A stretch of 64,000 bases of DNA from Octopus vulgaris (Eukaryota), in contig OX597821.1 in the NCBI GenBank assembly GCA_951406725.2, forward strand, positions 76,508,001 through 76,572,000. The letters run 5' to 3'. Made by a program: the position numbers and the translations under genes. Below, in pieces: positions 48,334-62,685 of this stretch. The notes beneath the pieces are model-generated. The model made no database searches, was not told where the DNA came from, and saw nothing but the letters and a program-made list of their open reading frames with translations. How positions within the stretch are numbered: the stretch's first letter is position 1; every line of letters begins with the position of its first letter.

Positions 48334-50674
48334 CTCTAGAACATAGATCTTATTCAGTTAGGATAAACCGTGGCTGGCGGGATGGAAAGGGAGTGAGGGG
48401 AAGAAAGGGGATGAGGTGGGGATAAAAGGGTAAAGGGCGAGGGTGGGACAGAGAGGTGTGGTAAGCTTCTATGAGGGTGACACTGTTGGGTCTGCCCTAT
48501 AATCCTGTATGGGCTTCGGACCCCGAGGAGAGCAGGCAACTTCAAAAGCTACCCCTACATATTTGTACTTGCAGCACGCCGGACATCAACCCGGAAATTC
48601 TGAGGGCCCGTACTGTTGCTAGATAGTCGTTGATCCTACTCTTTGTATATCGATCCTTTTGACAGGTCTTGTTTTCAGTCCTCCTGGGGTTCTAGCAAAA
48701 CCTCCTCACCAGGCAAGCTTAGTGGGGGGTGTCGGTTTAGTCGCCGACCTTCCAGGCTGTACTGTATTCCACATTACCAGAAGCACTCACGAGGGATCTG
48801 ACATGAAAAGCTACCCCTGGAACACATATTCTATCTACACCACTGCACCTAGATCTAAACAAGACACACGCTTCTTGATATTTTTTTTAACAGAAGACAT
48901 ACTAGCCTACGTTAAGAAAAAATATAACTTAGATGTATTTCGGTCAAAGATTGGTCCCGGCCATGTCTAATTTAATAGCACCGCCTGTGACAACCTATTA
49001 AATCCTTTGAAAGGTAAGTTTTGTGGTATCAAGGTTCATTCCAATAGGGAGTTGTTGTTAACTGAGATGTATTAAGATATAAGGTAATTTGGTTTTTTAA
49101 AAAACCTTGTGATAGCTATACAGTGAAAAGCTTTCCTAAAACCTTGCAAAATTTTAACGAATTTTCTGTCACATTTGCCGAGGATCTTAATAAAGAGTGA
49201 CCATGTAGACCTACTTTCGTTGACTCGTGATTTTATCGACATTTCTCTCGTTTTTTTAAAAAAATTTTTTTTTATTCTTACGTAGGATTTGTGCCTTTTG
49301 TTATACGAGATGTACAACGACAAAGCGGGTATTTTCATAGTTCTGTATTTAAAGAATGAAAGCAAAATCGATAGGACACAAGCTGCACAGCATTGTTCAA
49401 GGGAAATTGCACCTGGTCGTTCAATGTCCTGAAATTAGTCGCTAAAACTCCATCAAATCAGGACACACAGAGTCATGCGATCTCAAAAATACTACCAGAG
49501 AGAGAGAGAGAGACAGAGAGAGACAGATAGAGAGACAGAGGGAAAGAGAGAGAGGTACAGAAGAAAGAAAGTGAGGGCTGGAGAAACAGAAAGAGAGAGA
49601 AGAGAGTGAGAAAAAGAGAAAAACAGAAAGAAGAGACAGAAAGAAACAAACGAAGATGGTATATTAACGATATCGAAGTATTTGGCAACAGGTGTCACTT
49701 GAAAGCTGACCTGGGGTTAAATAGCAGCGACGTTTTCGTTCTATTACAATAAAGCAGAGACTGACACTCACTCAGTTCTAAAATTTGTAACGGATTTTTC
49801 TCTTATTTTGTAGAAATATGATTATTTTTACTGTCATTATTTCACGCTCATATCCACCTTGGATTCAATACGGTTTACTTATGCTCCATTTTACTCGTAT
49901 AATTAAATATAATATTTAAAATACATATAATATTATATATGAAACGATTTATAACATAATATATTATATATTATACATAGGATTATACAATTATATATTT
50001 TATATGAAATATATACATATTATTTATTATATATACTACATGCAAACTAACGTGTATTACCTATAAAATAATATGTATCATATATAAAAAAATATTTAAC
50101 CATCGAAGGAAAATTATATATATTTTTTTTTTTACTACCCACAAGGGGCTAAACACAGAGGGGACAAACAAGGACAGACAAAGGGATTAAGTCGATTACA
50201 TCGACCCCAGTGCGTAACTGGTACTTAATTTATCGACCCAGAAAGGATGAAAGGTAAAGTCGACCTCGACGGAATTTGAACTCGGAACACAACGACAGAC
50301 GAAATACGGCTACGAATTTCGCCCGGCGTGCTGACGTTTCTACCAGCTCAGAGGCAGTTGTCATGACGATACGAATTACCTTGGATTGCAAATATATTCG
50401 ACTTTAATTCTAAAGACAACCGAAATATTGGCTTCAAATTTTGGCACCAGGCCAGCAATTTTGGGAAACGGATAAATCGATTTCGTCAACCCCAGCTGCT
50501 CAACTGATACTTATTTTATCGACCCCGAAAGGATGGATGGATGGATGGATGGTAAAGTGGACGTTGGCGGAATTTGAACTCAAACCACCGAAATACCGAC
50601 AGCTAAAAACTAAGCTTTTTAGAAATTAAAAACTATAGCTTGAAGTCCAGAGGAAAGTAATAAAATTGACGAGT

Positions 50675-51610
<936 letters not shown>

Positions 51611-52204
51611 ACCAAGAAGCCAATTAGTTTCAACAGCGTACGGGAGACGTCATATCCCTGGCCGAGTCGTTTTGAAGTCGTTTCCACTCTTGACATAAAT
51701 TTGATCACAGTCGCAAATTTTATCTGCTGTAATATCACTACTTAAAAATGTAAATATTATAAACAAGATAAGGCTAATGAAAATAATAAAAGATATCATA
51801 CCATCAACTGTAGATAATGGTGTGTGTATAATGATGGCTCAGTTTATCTTTGACCGCTTAAGGAATTCCATGGATTGTTTTATTTCTTTGATATTTCGAG
51901 AACGATTAATTTATACAATTTTTTTTTCCCTTTCCACCGGAAATTTATAATGCTAAATTATACATACCGTTTCCAGGGACTGCTTTGTCCAATCGATACT
52001 GCTGTTCCAGTTATACGACATAATAATAATAATAATATTGATGATTGTAGTCAAAGACAGATTCACAGAGCATTCGTATGCACGGATTTGCAGAGAGAGA
52101 AAGAAGAATGGCAGAAGGAATCACGGCGAACAAATATTTGTAGCAGAAGAGAAAATGGAAGACAGAAAAACAAAGGTGAAAGAAGTAGTTTAAAGGACGG
52201 AAGC

Positions 52205-52753
52205 ATTCGGAAGAGAGAGTAGAGAGGGGGGAGAGGGGGAAAAGTAGAGAGAGAGAGGGGGAGAGCGAGAGAGAAAGAGAGAGGGGAGAGAGAGCGAGAG
52301 AGAGGGAGAGGAAGAGGAAGGAGAGAGAGAAAGAGAGAGGGAAGAGAGAGAGCGAGAGAGAGAGAAAGAGAGAAGGGAGAGAGAGGGAAGAGAGAGAGCG
52401 AGAGAGAGAGAGAAAGAGAGAGGGGAGAGGGAGCGAGAGAGAGGGGGAGAGGGGGAAAAGTAGAGAGAGAGGGGGAGAGCGAGAGAGAAAGAGAGAGGGG
52501 AGAGAGAGCGAGATAGAGAGAGAGCGAGAGAGAGAGAGCGAGAGAGAGGGAGAGAGAGAGGAAGGAGAGAGAGAAAGAGAGAGGGAAGAGAGAGAGCGAG
52601 AGAGAAAGAAAGAGAGAAGGGAGAGAGGGAAGAGAGAGCGAGAGCGAGAGAGAGAGAAAGAGAGAGGGGAGAGAGAGCAAGAGAGAGAGAGTAGGAGAGA
52701 GAGCGAGAGAGGGAGGGAGGGAGGGAGAGAGAGAGAGAACGAGAGAGAGGGAG

Positions 52754-52788
<35 letters not shown>

Positions 52789-52838
52789 AAGAGAGAGGGA
52801 GAGAGAGGGAGAGGAGGGAGAGAGAGAAAGGAAAAGAG
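52205..52838. repeat. Polypurine (GA-rich) low-complexity tract
   Basis: About 630 bp of almost only G and A on the + strand. Confidence 0.95.
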
Positions 52839-53061
52839 AACTGGCTTTGCGACAAGAACTTTCTGAATCGGTATTTTCCACTTAGAAATTACTCAAGCAT
52901 TTAATATTTATGCAATGAGAAAGTGGGAAAGTAAATGTATTCTGTGATAATCAACTTGTATAAATGGAAATGGCAATGTGTGTGTGTGTGTGTGTGTGTG
53001 AAGAGAGAGAGAGAGAGAGAGAGAGAGAATGCATAGGCACGTACGTACGTACATATATGAG

Positions 53062-53262
53062 TATATATCAAAAGGAAGGCAGGACGAGTATCTCAGGTCA
53101 TTTAGAATATTTAATTAGAGTAAGGGGAATCAAAAATGGAAAAGTAAAAGTAATAATTACTTTTACTTCTTTGTTTTTTTTTCCTTTTTTTTTATTCACC
53201 TTTAATCTAATTAAATATTCTAAATGACCCGAGATACTCATCCTGCCTTCCTTTAATATATA
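53062..53262. repeat. ~200-bp palindrome
   Basis: aaaggaaggcaggacgagtatctcaggtcatttagaatatttaattaga / tctaattaaatattctaaatgacccgagatactcatcctgccttccttt. Confidence 0.85.
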
Positions 53263-53370
53263 AATCTGCTGACTCGGAAGCCTTTTTAGGGATTCCTAGG
53301 TCCAGCCTCAGCTGTGAACTTGGAACCTAACGAATCACCAGTGAACCAACCCCCTCATATTCTATATACA

Positions 53371-53429
<59 letters not shown>

Positions 53430-53445
53430 TATATTATATATAAAT

Positions 53446-53508
<63 letters not shown>

Positions 53509-54022
53509 TCTACCTCTCTCCTCTCTCTCCACGTGACCGGTGTTTGGCTAAGCCTGACATTTCTTTCATGGTTTGACTACCATCCGTGCAACATTTATAT
53601 TCCTCCCCATGCCTGTCATCACTTATGTCCCTGCCGCGAGGCTTCACTTCCACACACGCCAGCTTAATTTAATTCGTCTTCAATCGAAAGACACCTGTTT
53701 TTATGTCTTGTTTTTTGCATTTGTATTTGTGTACCATTTCTCCGTTTTTTTTTCGTCCTTGTTTTCATATACATTCGCTGCTTTCTTCCAAGGAATCTAG
53801 TGCTCTTAGCTTAGTTTTTCATTGGGGCTGGCCAGATTGGAACAATCTCGAGTATAACCAGCCGAAATTGCAAAGATAATGTGGAACTCGACTGAGGAAA
53901 GAAAATTTCGAATGACCCGTCGGTGTTTTTTCTTGTCCTTTTTTTGGTATCATCTGTCTGGATGCTACGTTGTCCCAGATTTTGTATTCCTTGATATATA
54001 TATATATATATATATATATACA

Positions 54023-56500
54023 CCAGCAGTTTACCCAGCGTTGCCCGGGAACGCCAATTAATGTAAAACAACACCGGTGTATTTCAATTTCAAAATAAAT
54101 GAAAGGTAAGCAATCCAATCACAATAACCCGTATGTTACCAAAATGTTTGGTTAAGAATTAATCGGGAATATTATTTAAAATCAGTAACATAAGCATGAG
54201 ATTACTGCTTCGATACAATTAGCAATGTGTCTCAGCGTTGCTAAAGTTTATAAATCTGACCTTATATATTATTTCCTGCTCCATGGATAACTATAACGAA
54301 GTCTTGAATATATCGGAGTCTTCTTGGTGTCATAGCTTTGTGCTCATAAACGATCACTCCTCCTAGATTTGCGGAATAACTACTTAAAGTCAAGCGGTCA
54401 ACCTATAAAGCCTTGAGCGTAAAGGTTTTGTTAAAGGAAGGAAAGAAACCAAACGTTAATTTGTTGTTCCATTGAACACTAGTAAGTCTCGATCAGTCTT
54501 TGATAATAACCTCAGGGATGAAGGATTCACGTTGCGTAACTTTGTTATGATACTGGTGCCATTGCTGTTATAGATGTGATGGCAATCGATCGAGTGCATC
54601 CCTTGCTGCCATAGTTACCTGAAAAGCAGTGGTTGTGGATATGAAATGAGAAGACTCTTTAACAAAAAACCATAGAAACGTACATTTCTCCACTTTAATT
54701 TGGTTGTAATACCTCCTTGTACAAGATATTCCTTGGTTCTCCCATTTCGGGCAAATGCGAAGAGATTCGCCTTGCATCCCGCTCTCGAACAGCCAACGTA
54801 TAGTTGTCCATGTGAAAAAACACGACTCGTCCAAAAGAAGACCAGCAACAAATAGTGTCTGACCTTGTGACTTGTTTATTGACATAGCAAAGCCGACACG
54901 AATGGGAAATTGAAGCCTCGGAAAGTGGAAAGGGATAGCCGCTCCTGATGGAATGAGAGAAACTCGTGGTATGAAAACATCGTCTCCTTTTCCACTCCCG
55001 GAAATTATGGTAGCCTCTATTACGTGGTTAAGGACTTTTTTTTAACAACCAGTCGTGTTCCGTTGCTTAGTTTTGGCGGCTCCAAATTCCGAAGCAGCAT
55101 TACTGGAATTCCTTCTTTCAGCTGCAATGTATGCGGAGGAAGGTATGGAGGGTCCAGTGGTATGGAGGGTCCAGAAATTCGGTAGAATAATTAACTGCCT
55201 CATTGTTGTCTATCATGGTATCAATTGACTTAAATGTTCAATGATTTCCGGAGAGAAAATGGAGGAGTTGATCATTCAACTTGCTTACGATGGTGTCCTT
55301 AGGAGCAAGTATTGCTCTTTCACACGACCTGTTAAGATTGTAGTAGTTGTCCTGCAAATTCGGCAACACCTTGTCCTTTAGTTCGTTGATTAGAAAACAC
55401 AATGGTACAAAATGACGAGATGTCTAGTTAATCTGTTGCAGTCCAAAGGCACCTTACCGTCACCAAGTTCCAAAATATCTTTAGCAAACTGGGAAGAATT
55501 TTGATCACCATAAAGTCGGGCTCACATATCTGTGGATAGCGTAAGTGTCGTAACACGACACCACAACGGTGAGGACTTAAGACACGCTTGTACTTCACCT
55601 GCCCTCGTACCTTTAGGGTTGACAGGAAGAGTTTGTCTAAAGTCACCTGACAGTAGAAGTGTTGCACTGCCCATTGGAGCCTGACTGTCTCGTATATCCC
55701 TCAGAGCTCTATCTAATGCCTCTAAGCCTCCTCTGTGAGCCATTGTGCACTCATCCCATACGATAAGAATGCACCGTCGGAGTACTTGCCCTTGGTCAGA
55801 ACTTTTGCTGACGTTGCAGGAGTGGGTTTCTGGAATCGCTAAATTCAGTGGAAGTTTGAAGGTGGAATGTGCTGTTCTCCCGCCTGGCCACAAAGTGGCA
55901 GCAATCCCAGAAGAGGCTACAGCTAACGCTATGTCTCCATTTTGCCGTATATTTGTGAGAATTAATTTGATTAAAAAGGTATTTCCGGTCCCACCTGGTG
56001 CATCCAAGAAGAAAACTCCACCGGATCGGCGACGCACGCTGCTAACAATACAGTTGTAGACATGACGTTGGTCTGGAAGCATTTATGGTTCCACCTCATT
56101 GTCGAATTGAACAAGAGATACTTTGTCGTAAGATGTTTCTCGTAAGACTGCAGAAGAAAGTGTGTTGTATACTGACCGGAATGTAGCTGGTAAACCGTAT
56201 GTCGGCAAATCAGTACCACCAAGGGAAATAACCCTGTCCACTGGTGCCATCCGTTTAGGATACGGCAATATTGCCTGATGTCTGTAGTTTTCTGAGAGAT
56301 CATCTCGGAACTTCAGCCACAACGAGTTTGGACCATGAACCAGGCACATCTATAGTAACACTGCAAACAGCGCACGTGGACGGCTAGGGGATTGCAAAAG
56401 AGAAGCTTTTGATAATGTGCAAATCCACTGCGTACCATTTTCAAGCAAACCATGTTTGAAGCATGCCTCCCTGTACCTGCTGCGCACATGACCACTGACT
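54023..56500 (-). mobile_element. Degraded Helitron (Pif1-like helicase part of RepHel) with an intact 3' terminus
   Basis: FFLDAPGGTGNTF (Walker A K>N), IVWDECTM, GDFRQTLP, INKSQGQTL and HGQLYVGCSR, with frameshifts. 3' hairpin cccgggcaacgctggg followed by CTGG|T (CTRR) at 54026-54023. Confidence 0.88.
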
Positions 56501-56525
56501 GTAGAAAAGAATATTAAATACTTAA

Positions 56526-57125
56526 GGCGGCGAGCTGGCAGAAAAGTTAGCAACGCCGGGCGAAATGCTTAGTAGTATTTCGTCTGCCGTTGCGTTCTGA
56601 GGTCAAATTCCGCCGAGGTCGACTTTGCCTGTCATCTTTTCGGGGTCGATAAAATAAGTACCAGTTACACACTGGGGTCGATATAATCGACTTAATCCGT
56701 TTGTCTGTCCTTGCTTGTCCGCTCTGTGTTTAGCCCCTTGTGGGTAGTAAAAAAAATAGGTATTTCGTCTGCCGCTACGTTCTGTGTTCAAATTCCGCCG
56801 AGGTCGACTTTGCATTTCATCCTTTCGGGGTCGATAAAATAAGTACCAGTTACACACTGGGGTCGATATAATCGACTTAATCCGTTTGTCTGTCCTTGCT
56901 TGTCCGCTCTGTGTTTAGCCCCTTGTGGGTAGTAAAAAAAATAGGTATTTCGTCTGCCGCTACGTTCTGTGTTCAAATTCCGCCGAGGTCGACTTTGCCT
57001 TTCATCCTTTCGGGGTCGATTAAATAAGTACCAGTTACGCACTGGGGTCGATATAATCGACTTAATCCGTTTGTCTGTCATTGTTTGTACTCTCTATGTT
57101 TAGCCCCTTGTGGGCAAGAAAAAAT
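56526..57125 (+). mobile_element. SINE family A trimer (185-bp period)
   Basis: tatttcgtctgcc starts at 56576, 56761 and 56946; single head at 56526. Confidence 0.88.
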
Positions 57126-58468
57126 AAATATTGAATACTTAGCTATAAATGACTTGGGCCTTTACCCTGTTCTTTACTGACAACGTTAAGCAGTTGCTTC
57201 AGATAAAGTCTCTACGCAGACGTTTGACTCGGATTCTACATATGTTTGAAGAACAAAACGGATAATGTAGGATTAGATACACTGACTCCGTGTTTGGAAG
57301 GAGGACTCACAACAATAACAACAAAACTTGTCTACTCTAATTGCAAGGCTAGAAATTTTGGGGGATTCGCCAGTCGATTATATCGACCCCAGTGTGTAAC
57401 TGGAACTTATTTAATCGACCCCGAAAGGAGGAAAGGCAAAGTCGACCTCGGCGGAATTTGAACCCAGAACGTAAAGACATACGAAATACCGCTAAGCATT
57501 TCGCCCGGCGTGCTAACGTCTCCGCCAGCTCACCGCCTTATAGCAACAACAAAACTGCGAGCATAAGAAACAAAACTGCTGGCTTATTATCTGAGAAGGC
57601 TGTTTTAGCATCTTTATAGCCTCACCACCACCGCCACCGGACAAAACCGTGCATTCGTGCCCCTACATTGGTTTGAGCCCCAGGTAATTGCCGAGTGTGA
57701 CATCTGCCTTATCAGATAGTAAACAAACAAACTAAAAAGAAATTATCTCAACTGAATCATACAGAAAAGAATACAGAATGGGATTTGATTTCTAGGTTAT
57801 CGTCTGCCCGGTCGCCATGAATATGCTTCAGGCTTAAAGGTATCAGAGTTGACTTATAAGATCAACTTATTTGAGGTCAAAGTCAAAAGCATCGCAGAGA
57901 ATGAGAGAGGCGGGTGGGGTGGGGAGAGAAAAGGAGAGGGAGAGAGAGAACGTTATTTTATCTTTTATCTTCCACTTGTTTCACTAATTAGACTGCGGCC
58001 ATGCTGGGGCACCGCCTAAAAGAACTTTAGTCAAACAAATCGACCCTTTTTATTTTTTAACCCTGGTAGTTATTATATAGCCACTTTTAACGAACCGCTA
58101 AGTTACGGGTACGTAAACACACCAATAAATAACAAGGAGTCTCAAATCAGATGCCCCTTTCACCACCCCTCCATTCAACAAACTTGATTATCTTCCAAAA
58201 TCGTCTGACAGACTCCTTTCTACAAGACGCACAAAAGGCCTCAATTTTTTATTATTTTATTTTTTTGGTAGGGTGGGGGAACTAGGTCGATTACATCAAC
58301 CCCAGTGTTTCACTGGTACTTAATTTTTTGACCTCGGAAGGATGAAAGGCAAAGCCGACCTCGGCGGAATTTGAACTGAGAGTGTAGCGACGGGCTAAAT
58401 ACCACTAAGCATTTCGTCCAACGTGCTAACGTTTCTGCTGTCACCCGTCATGAGTGTGTGTACGTACG

Positions 58469-58556
<88 letters not shown>

Positions 58557-58561
<5 letters not shown>

Positions 58562-58685
58562 TATATAGAAGGAGCTTCTACAGGACTAGAACTGTTTCAT
58601 TCAAGAGAAATCTTCAGGAAGATTTCCTGAAGATTTCTCTTGAATGAAACAGTTCTAGTCCTGTAAACTCCTTCTATATAATAAA
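58557..58685. repeat. ~130-bp near-perfect palindrome with back-to-back hammerhead-like cores
   Basis: Right arm has CTGAAGA (58627-58633)-tttctcttgaat-GAAAC, mirrored in the left arm. Adjacent to a long (TA)n. Confidence 0.8.
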
Positions 58686-58783
58686 TTAATTTTACTCTGC
58701 TATGTATTGAGTACCTTATTTACTGTGGTTAACCCCGAATCAACCCGGGACCTACATATATATATATATATATATATGCAGTA

Positions 58784-58814
<31 letters not shown>

Positions 58815-59285
58815 ACGTTTCTGGTGTAGTGGAAATCAAACCCAGTCTCAGACATACACACACACACGCACGCACGCACACTCACATACATGTATAAATA
58901 TTTCCGACGGGTTTCACTCAGTTTCCGTCTATCAAATCCACTGACAAGATTTTGATCGACCCGAGGTTATAGAAGCAGGCACTTACCCCAGGTGCCACGC
59001 GCTGGGACTGAACTTGGAACCATGTGGCTGGGAATCAAACATCTTACCGCATAGCCACTTCTGCACCTATATTGTAGTATAGATCAGTGCTCTGCAACCA
59101 TTGTGCCACGGCACACTGATGTGTCACAAGACGATACTAGGTGTGCGGCAGTGTAGCCCGAATATAATTTCGTCCCCTAAACCAGTGGTTCCCAACCTTT
59201 TCACTACCACGGACCCCTTTTACTTAAATGAGTTTTCCCATGAACCCCTTTTAATATGCTTATCTTCATGTACATACATATATAT

Positions 59286-59592
59286 ATATTCTGTTGTGTC
59301 TAGGGAGAGTCATTTTCTTTTTGTGCCTTATAATTTAACACGCTCACCGCTAAAATTTCCACTTTTTCTTATTTTTATTTTCCTAAAATTTTCGTTGCGT
59401 CTTGCAACCTTTTCAATAGTCTTGACTCTCCTCCGTGTTTCATTAAAGAGAGTCAAGACTATTGAAAAGGTTGCAAGACGCAACGAAAATTTTAGGAAAA
59501 TAAAAATAAGAAAAAGTGGAAATTTTACCGGTGAGCGTGTTAAATTATAAGGCACAAAAAGAAAATGACTCTTCCTAGACACAACAGAATAT
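59286..59592. repeat. Near-perfect palindrome, ~145-bp arms, 17-bp loop
   Basis: atattctgttgtgtctagg...cttgactctc / gagagtcaag...cctagacacaacagaatat. Confidence 0.92.
59459..59495 (+). ncRNA. Minimal hammerhead-like motif with a U3-A8 core variant (mirror copy at 59383-59419, -)
   Basis: cta-TTGAAAA-g-gttgc(aagac)gcaac-GAAAA-TTT-tag. Confidence 0.55.
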
Positions 59593-59642
59593 GCTTCAAC
59601 ACACGAACTCACATAAAGAATCTTGCAAACCAAATCCAAAAA

Positions 59643-59681
<39 letters not shown>

Positions 59682-59878
59682 TTTATTTGTTTCAGTCATT
59701 TGACTGTGGCCATGCTGAAGCACCACCTTTAGTCGAGCAAATCGACCCCAGGATTTATTCTTTGTAAGCCTAGTACTTATTCAATCGGTTTCTTTTGCCG
59801 AACCGCAAAGTTACGGGGATGTAAACACACCTGTATCTGTTGTCAAGCAATGGTGGGGAGACAAACACAGATGCAGAA

Positions 59879-59975
<97 letters not shown>

Positions 59976-60736
59976 TGCATACATACATGCACACACACAC
60001 GATGGGTGGCAGCAGAAACGTTGGACGAAATGCTTAGAGGTATTTAGCCCGTCCTACACTCTCAGTTCAAATTCCGCCGAGGTCAGTTTTGCTTTTCATC
60101 CTTCCGAGGTCAAAAAATTAAGTACCAGTGAAACACTGGGGTTGATGTAATCGACCTAGTTTCCCCACCCTACCAAAAAAAATATAATAATAAAAAATTG
60201 AGGCCTTTTGTGCCTCTTGTAGAAAGGATTCCGTCAGACGATTTTGGAAGATAATTAAGTTTGTTGAATGGAGGGATGGTGGAAGGGGCACCTGATTAAA
60301 GACTCCTTGTTATTTAAGATTAGTTGGAGAAATGCATCCGGCCTGTGATATCATATTAGGATTACATAGGAAATCGGGTCATCTTTTTTTTAAAGAAAAA
60401 AACCTATCATACATAAGGTGAGGTCTGTATTGCTCTAAGCTCTTCTTGCATTCGATTTAATTGTTGATATTATGTATTGTAAGTCATTCCTTTATATCTT
60501 CCAATATCACAGTCGTACATATTAACCTCATTTCGCATATTTTTACATTATTATGAATACTTTATTTCGTATATTTGACAGGAGTGGTTGTGTGGTAAGA
60601 AGCTTGCTTCCTAACCACATGGTTCCGCTTTCAGTCGCACTGCGTGGCACCTTGCGCAAGTGTCTTCTACTCTAGCCTCGGGCTGACCAAAGCCTTGTGA
60701 GTGGATTTGGCAGACGGAAACTGAAAGAAGCCTGTC

Positions 60737-60810
<74 letters not shown>

Positions 60811-61393
60811 TTGTGTGTGTTTGTGTGTGTATTTGTGCGTCTGTGTTTGTCTCCCCCACCATCACTTGACAACCGATGTTGCAGTGTTTATGTCTCCATA
60901 AGAATAGCGGTTCGGCAAAAGAGACCGATAGGATATGTACTAGGCTTATAAAAGTCCTGGGGGTCGATTTGTTCGAATAAAGGCAATGCTCCAGCATGGC
61001 CGCAGTCAAATGAGTGGAACAAGTGACAGAATATCGTATCTAATACGTGTAGGGCTGCATGGACACGACAAAACTTTGGGCGTTGACCTTTTGTTTGTTT
61101 CAGTCACTGGACTGCGGCCAAGCTGGAGCACATCTTTGAAAGGTTTTACTCGAATAAACTATTTTTGGAGTCTGGCACTTATTGTATCGGTCTCTTTTGC
61201 TAAACTACTAAGTCACGGGAGCGCAAGCAAACATACACACACATTTATACATACACACACATACATACATACACACACATAAATACATGCATACATAATA
61301 CATACATACACACATACATACATACATACATACAGATGTGTGTGTGTATGTGTGCGTTGTGTATGTGTGTGTGAGTGTATGTATATGTGTGTG

Positions 61394-61426
<33 letters not shown>

Positions 61427-61434
61427 AGGGTGAA

Positions 61435-61750
61435 GGCGCATGGATCAGTGGTTAGAGCGTCAAGATTACGATCTTGAGGTTGTGAGTTCGATTCCCAGAC
61501 TGGGCTGCGTATTGTGTGCTTGAGCAAGACACTTTATTCCATGTTGTTTCAGTTCACTCGGCTGTAGAAATGAGTTGCAATGTCACTGGTGCCAAGCTGT
61601 ATCGGCCCCTTTGCCTTTGTCTTTCCTTTCGAGAGGGGAGGCCAGTGTGCATGGGCGACTGCTGGCCTTCCATAAACAACCTTTCCCGTACTTGTGCCTC
61701 GGAGGGGAACTTTCTAAGTGCGATCCCATAGTCATTCATGAACGAAGGGG
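61435..61750 (+). mobile_element. tRNA-derived SINE family C; related copies at about 32140-32330, 34170-34468 (-) and 46750-46930
   Basis: ggcgcatggatcagtggttagagcg (A-box) ... gagttcgattccc (B-box) ... ttgagcaagacact. Confidence 0.75.
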
Positions 61751-61777
61751 ATCATTATGTATGTACGTGTGTGTATG

Positions 61778-61832
<55 letters not shown>

Positions 61833-61838
<6 letters not shown>

Positions 61839-62010
61839 ACATTCCCGTTCGTTGGACAGTTTTGTTTAGAATGGAACAGAATCGTCCGACGAACAGGAAC
61901 CTGAAACTCTGAGCAACAGTTTTTGTGCTATTTTTGCTGCTTTTCTAATATAAGCATATTATTCTACCTCTGGTATTCGACAACTATTTTATCCACCTTG
62001 TTGCGCATTT
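61833..62010. repeat. Second back-to-back hammerhead family 1 unit (degenerate)
   Basis: Plus strand at 61880-61921 reads aatcgt-CCGACGA-acaggaacct-GAAAC-tctga-GCA-acagtt. An inverted partial copy lies at 61833-61861. The downstream tail is homologous to 9735-9825. Confidence 0.7.
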
Positions 62011-62408
62011 ATATATACATATTCTTACGAAAGATACAGACCATATAGCAGTGTTCAAGTCGAACCTGAGACGTTAGACCAGTATAATAAATGGAATGGA
62101 GAAAGTTCAAATCAGGCAAACTATGCTGAACACTTATGCATACGGGCTTAATTTAAGATAAAAATTGTCCAAAACACATGTATTGCTATATTAAAATTAC
62201 ATGTAAAAATATAAAAATACATTAACATCGAAAATTTATAGGGACATATAATATACGAATCTACAAACATTGTAATAATATAATAACGTATAGGATTATA
62301 GATAAAGACCGTTTTTATAAAAAGGATTAAAAATATAGAAAAGAGAAAGTAATAGGCATCAAAACAGGTTTTAGGTTACATATTAAAAGTTTTAGATTAC
62401 ACACACAT

Positions 62409-62446
<38 letters not shown>

Positions 62447-62461
62447 ACACACATATATATA

Positions 62462-62685
62462 TATTGGGTTGGTGCATAATTATTGCGGCTTTTCTTCAAC
62501 AAATTTTATTCAACAAAAACATCTTTAAATGACGGTCTGCCAAGCAAATGGAGGAGCAGTAATTGAAGTAGATGGTGAATATGCTCCGGAATAATAATTT
62601 AAAGATGTTTTTGTTACATGTTGTTATTGTTTTTGTTAAATAAAATTTGTTGAAAGAAAGCCGCAATAATTATGCACCAACCCTA
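62462..62685. mobile_element. Mariner-derived MITE (same family as 47988-48205)
   Basis: TIRs gggttggtgcataattattgcggc / gccgcaataattatgcaccaaccc in a TA context. Confidence 0.85.

Noticed and set aside
52063-52881. 272-aa and 221-aa Ser/Leu-rich ORFs
   Set aside because: Reverse-strand readthrough of a GA-rich low-complexity tract.
55522-56082. Host PIF1 helicase gene
   Set aside because: Intronless, frameshifted, Walker A Lys lost, and ends in a Helitron hairpin plus CTRR.
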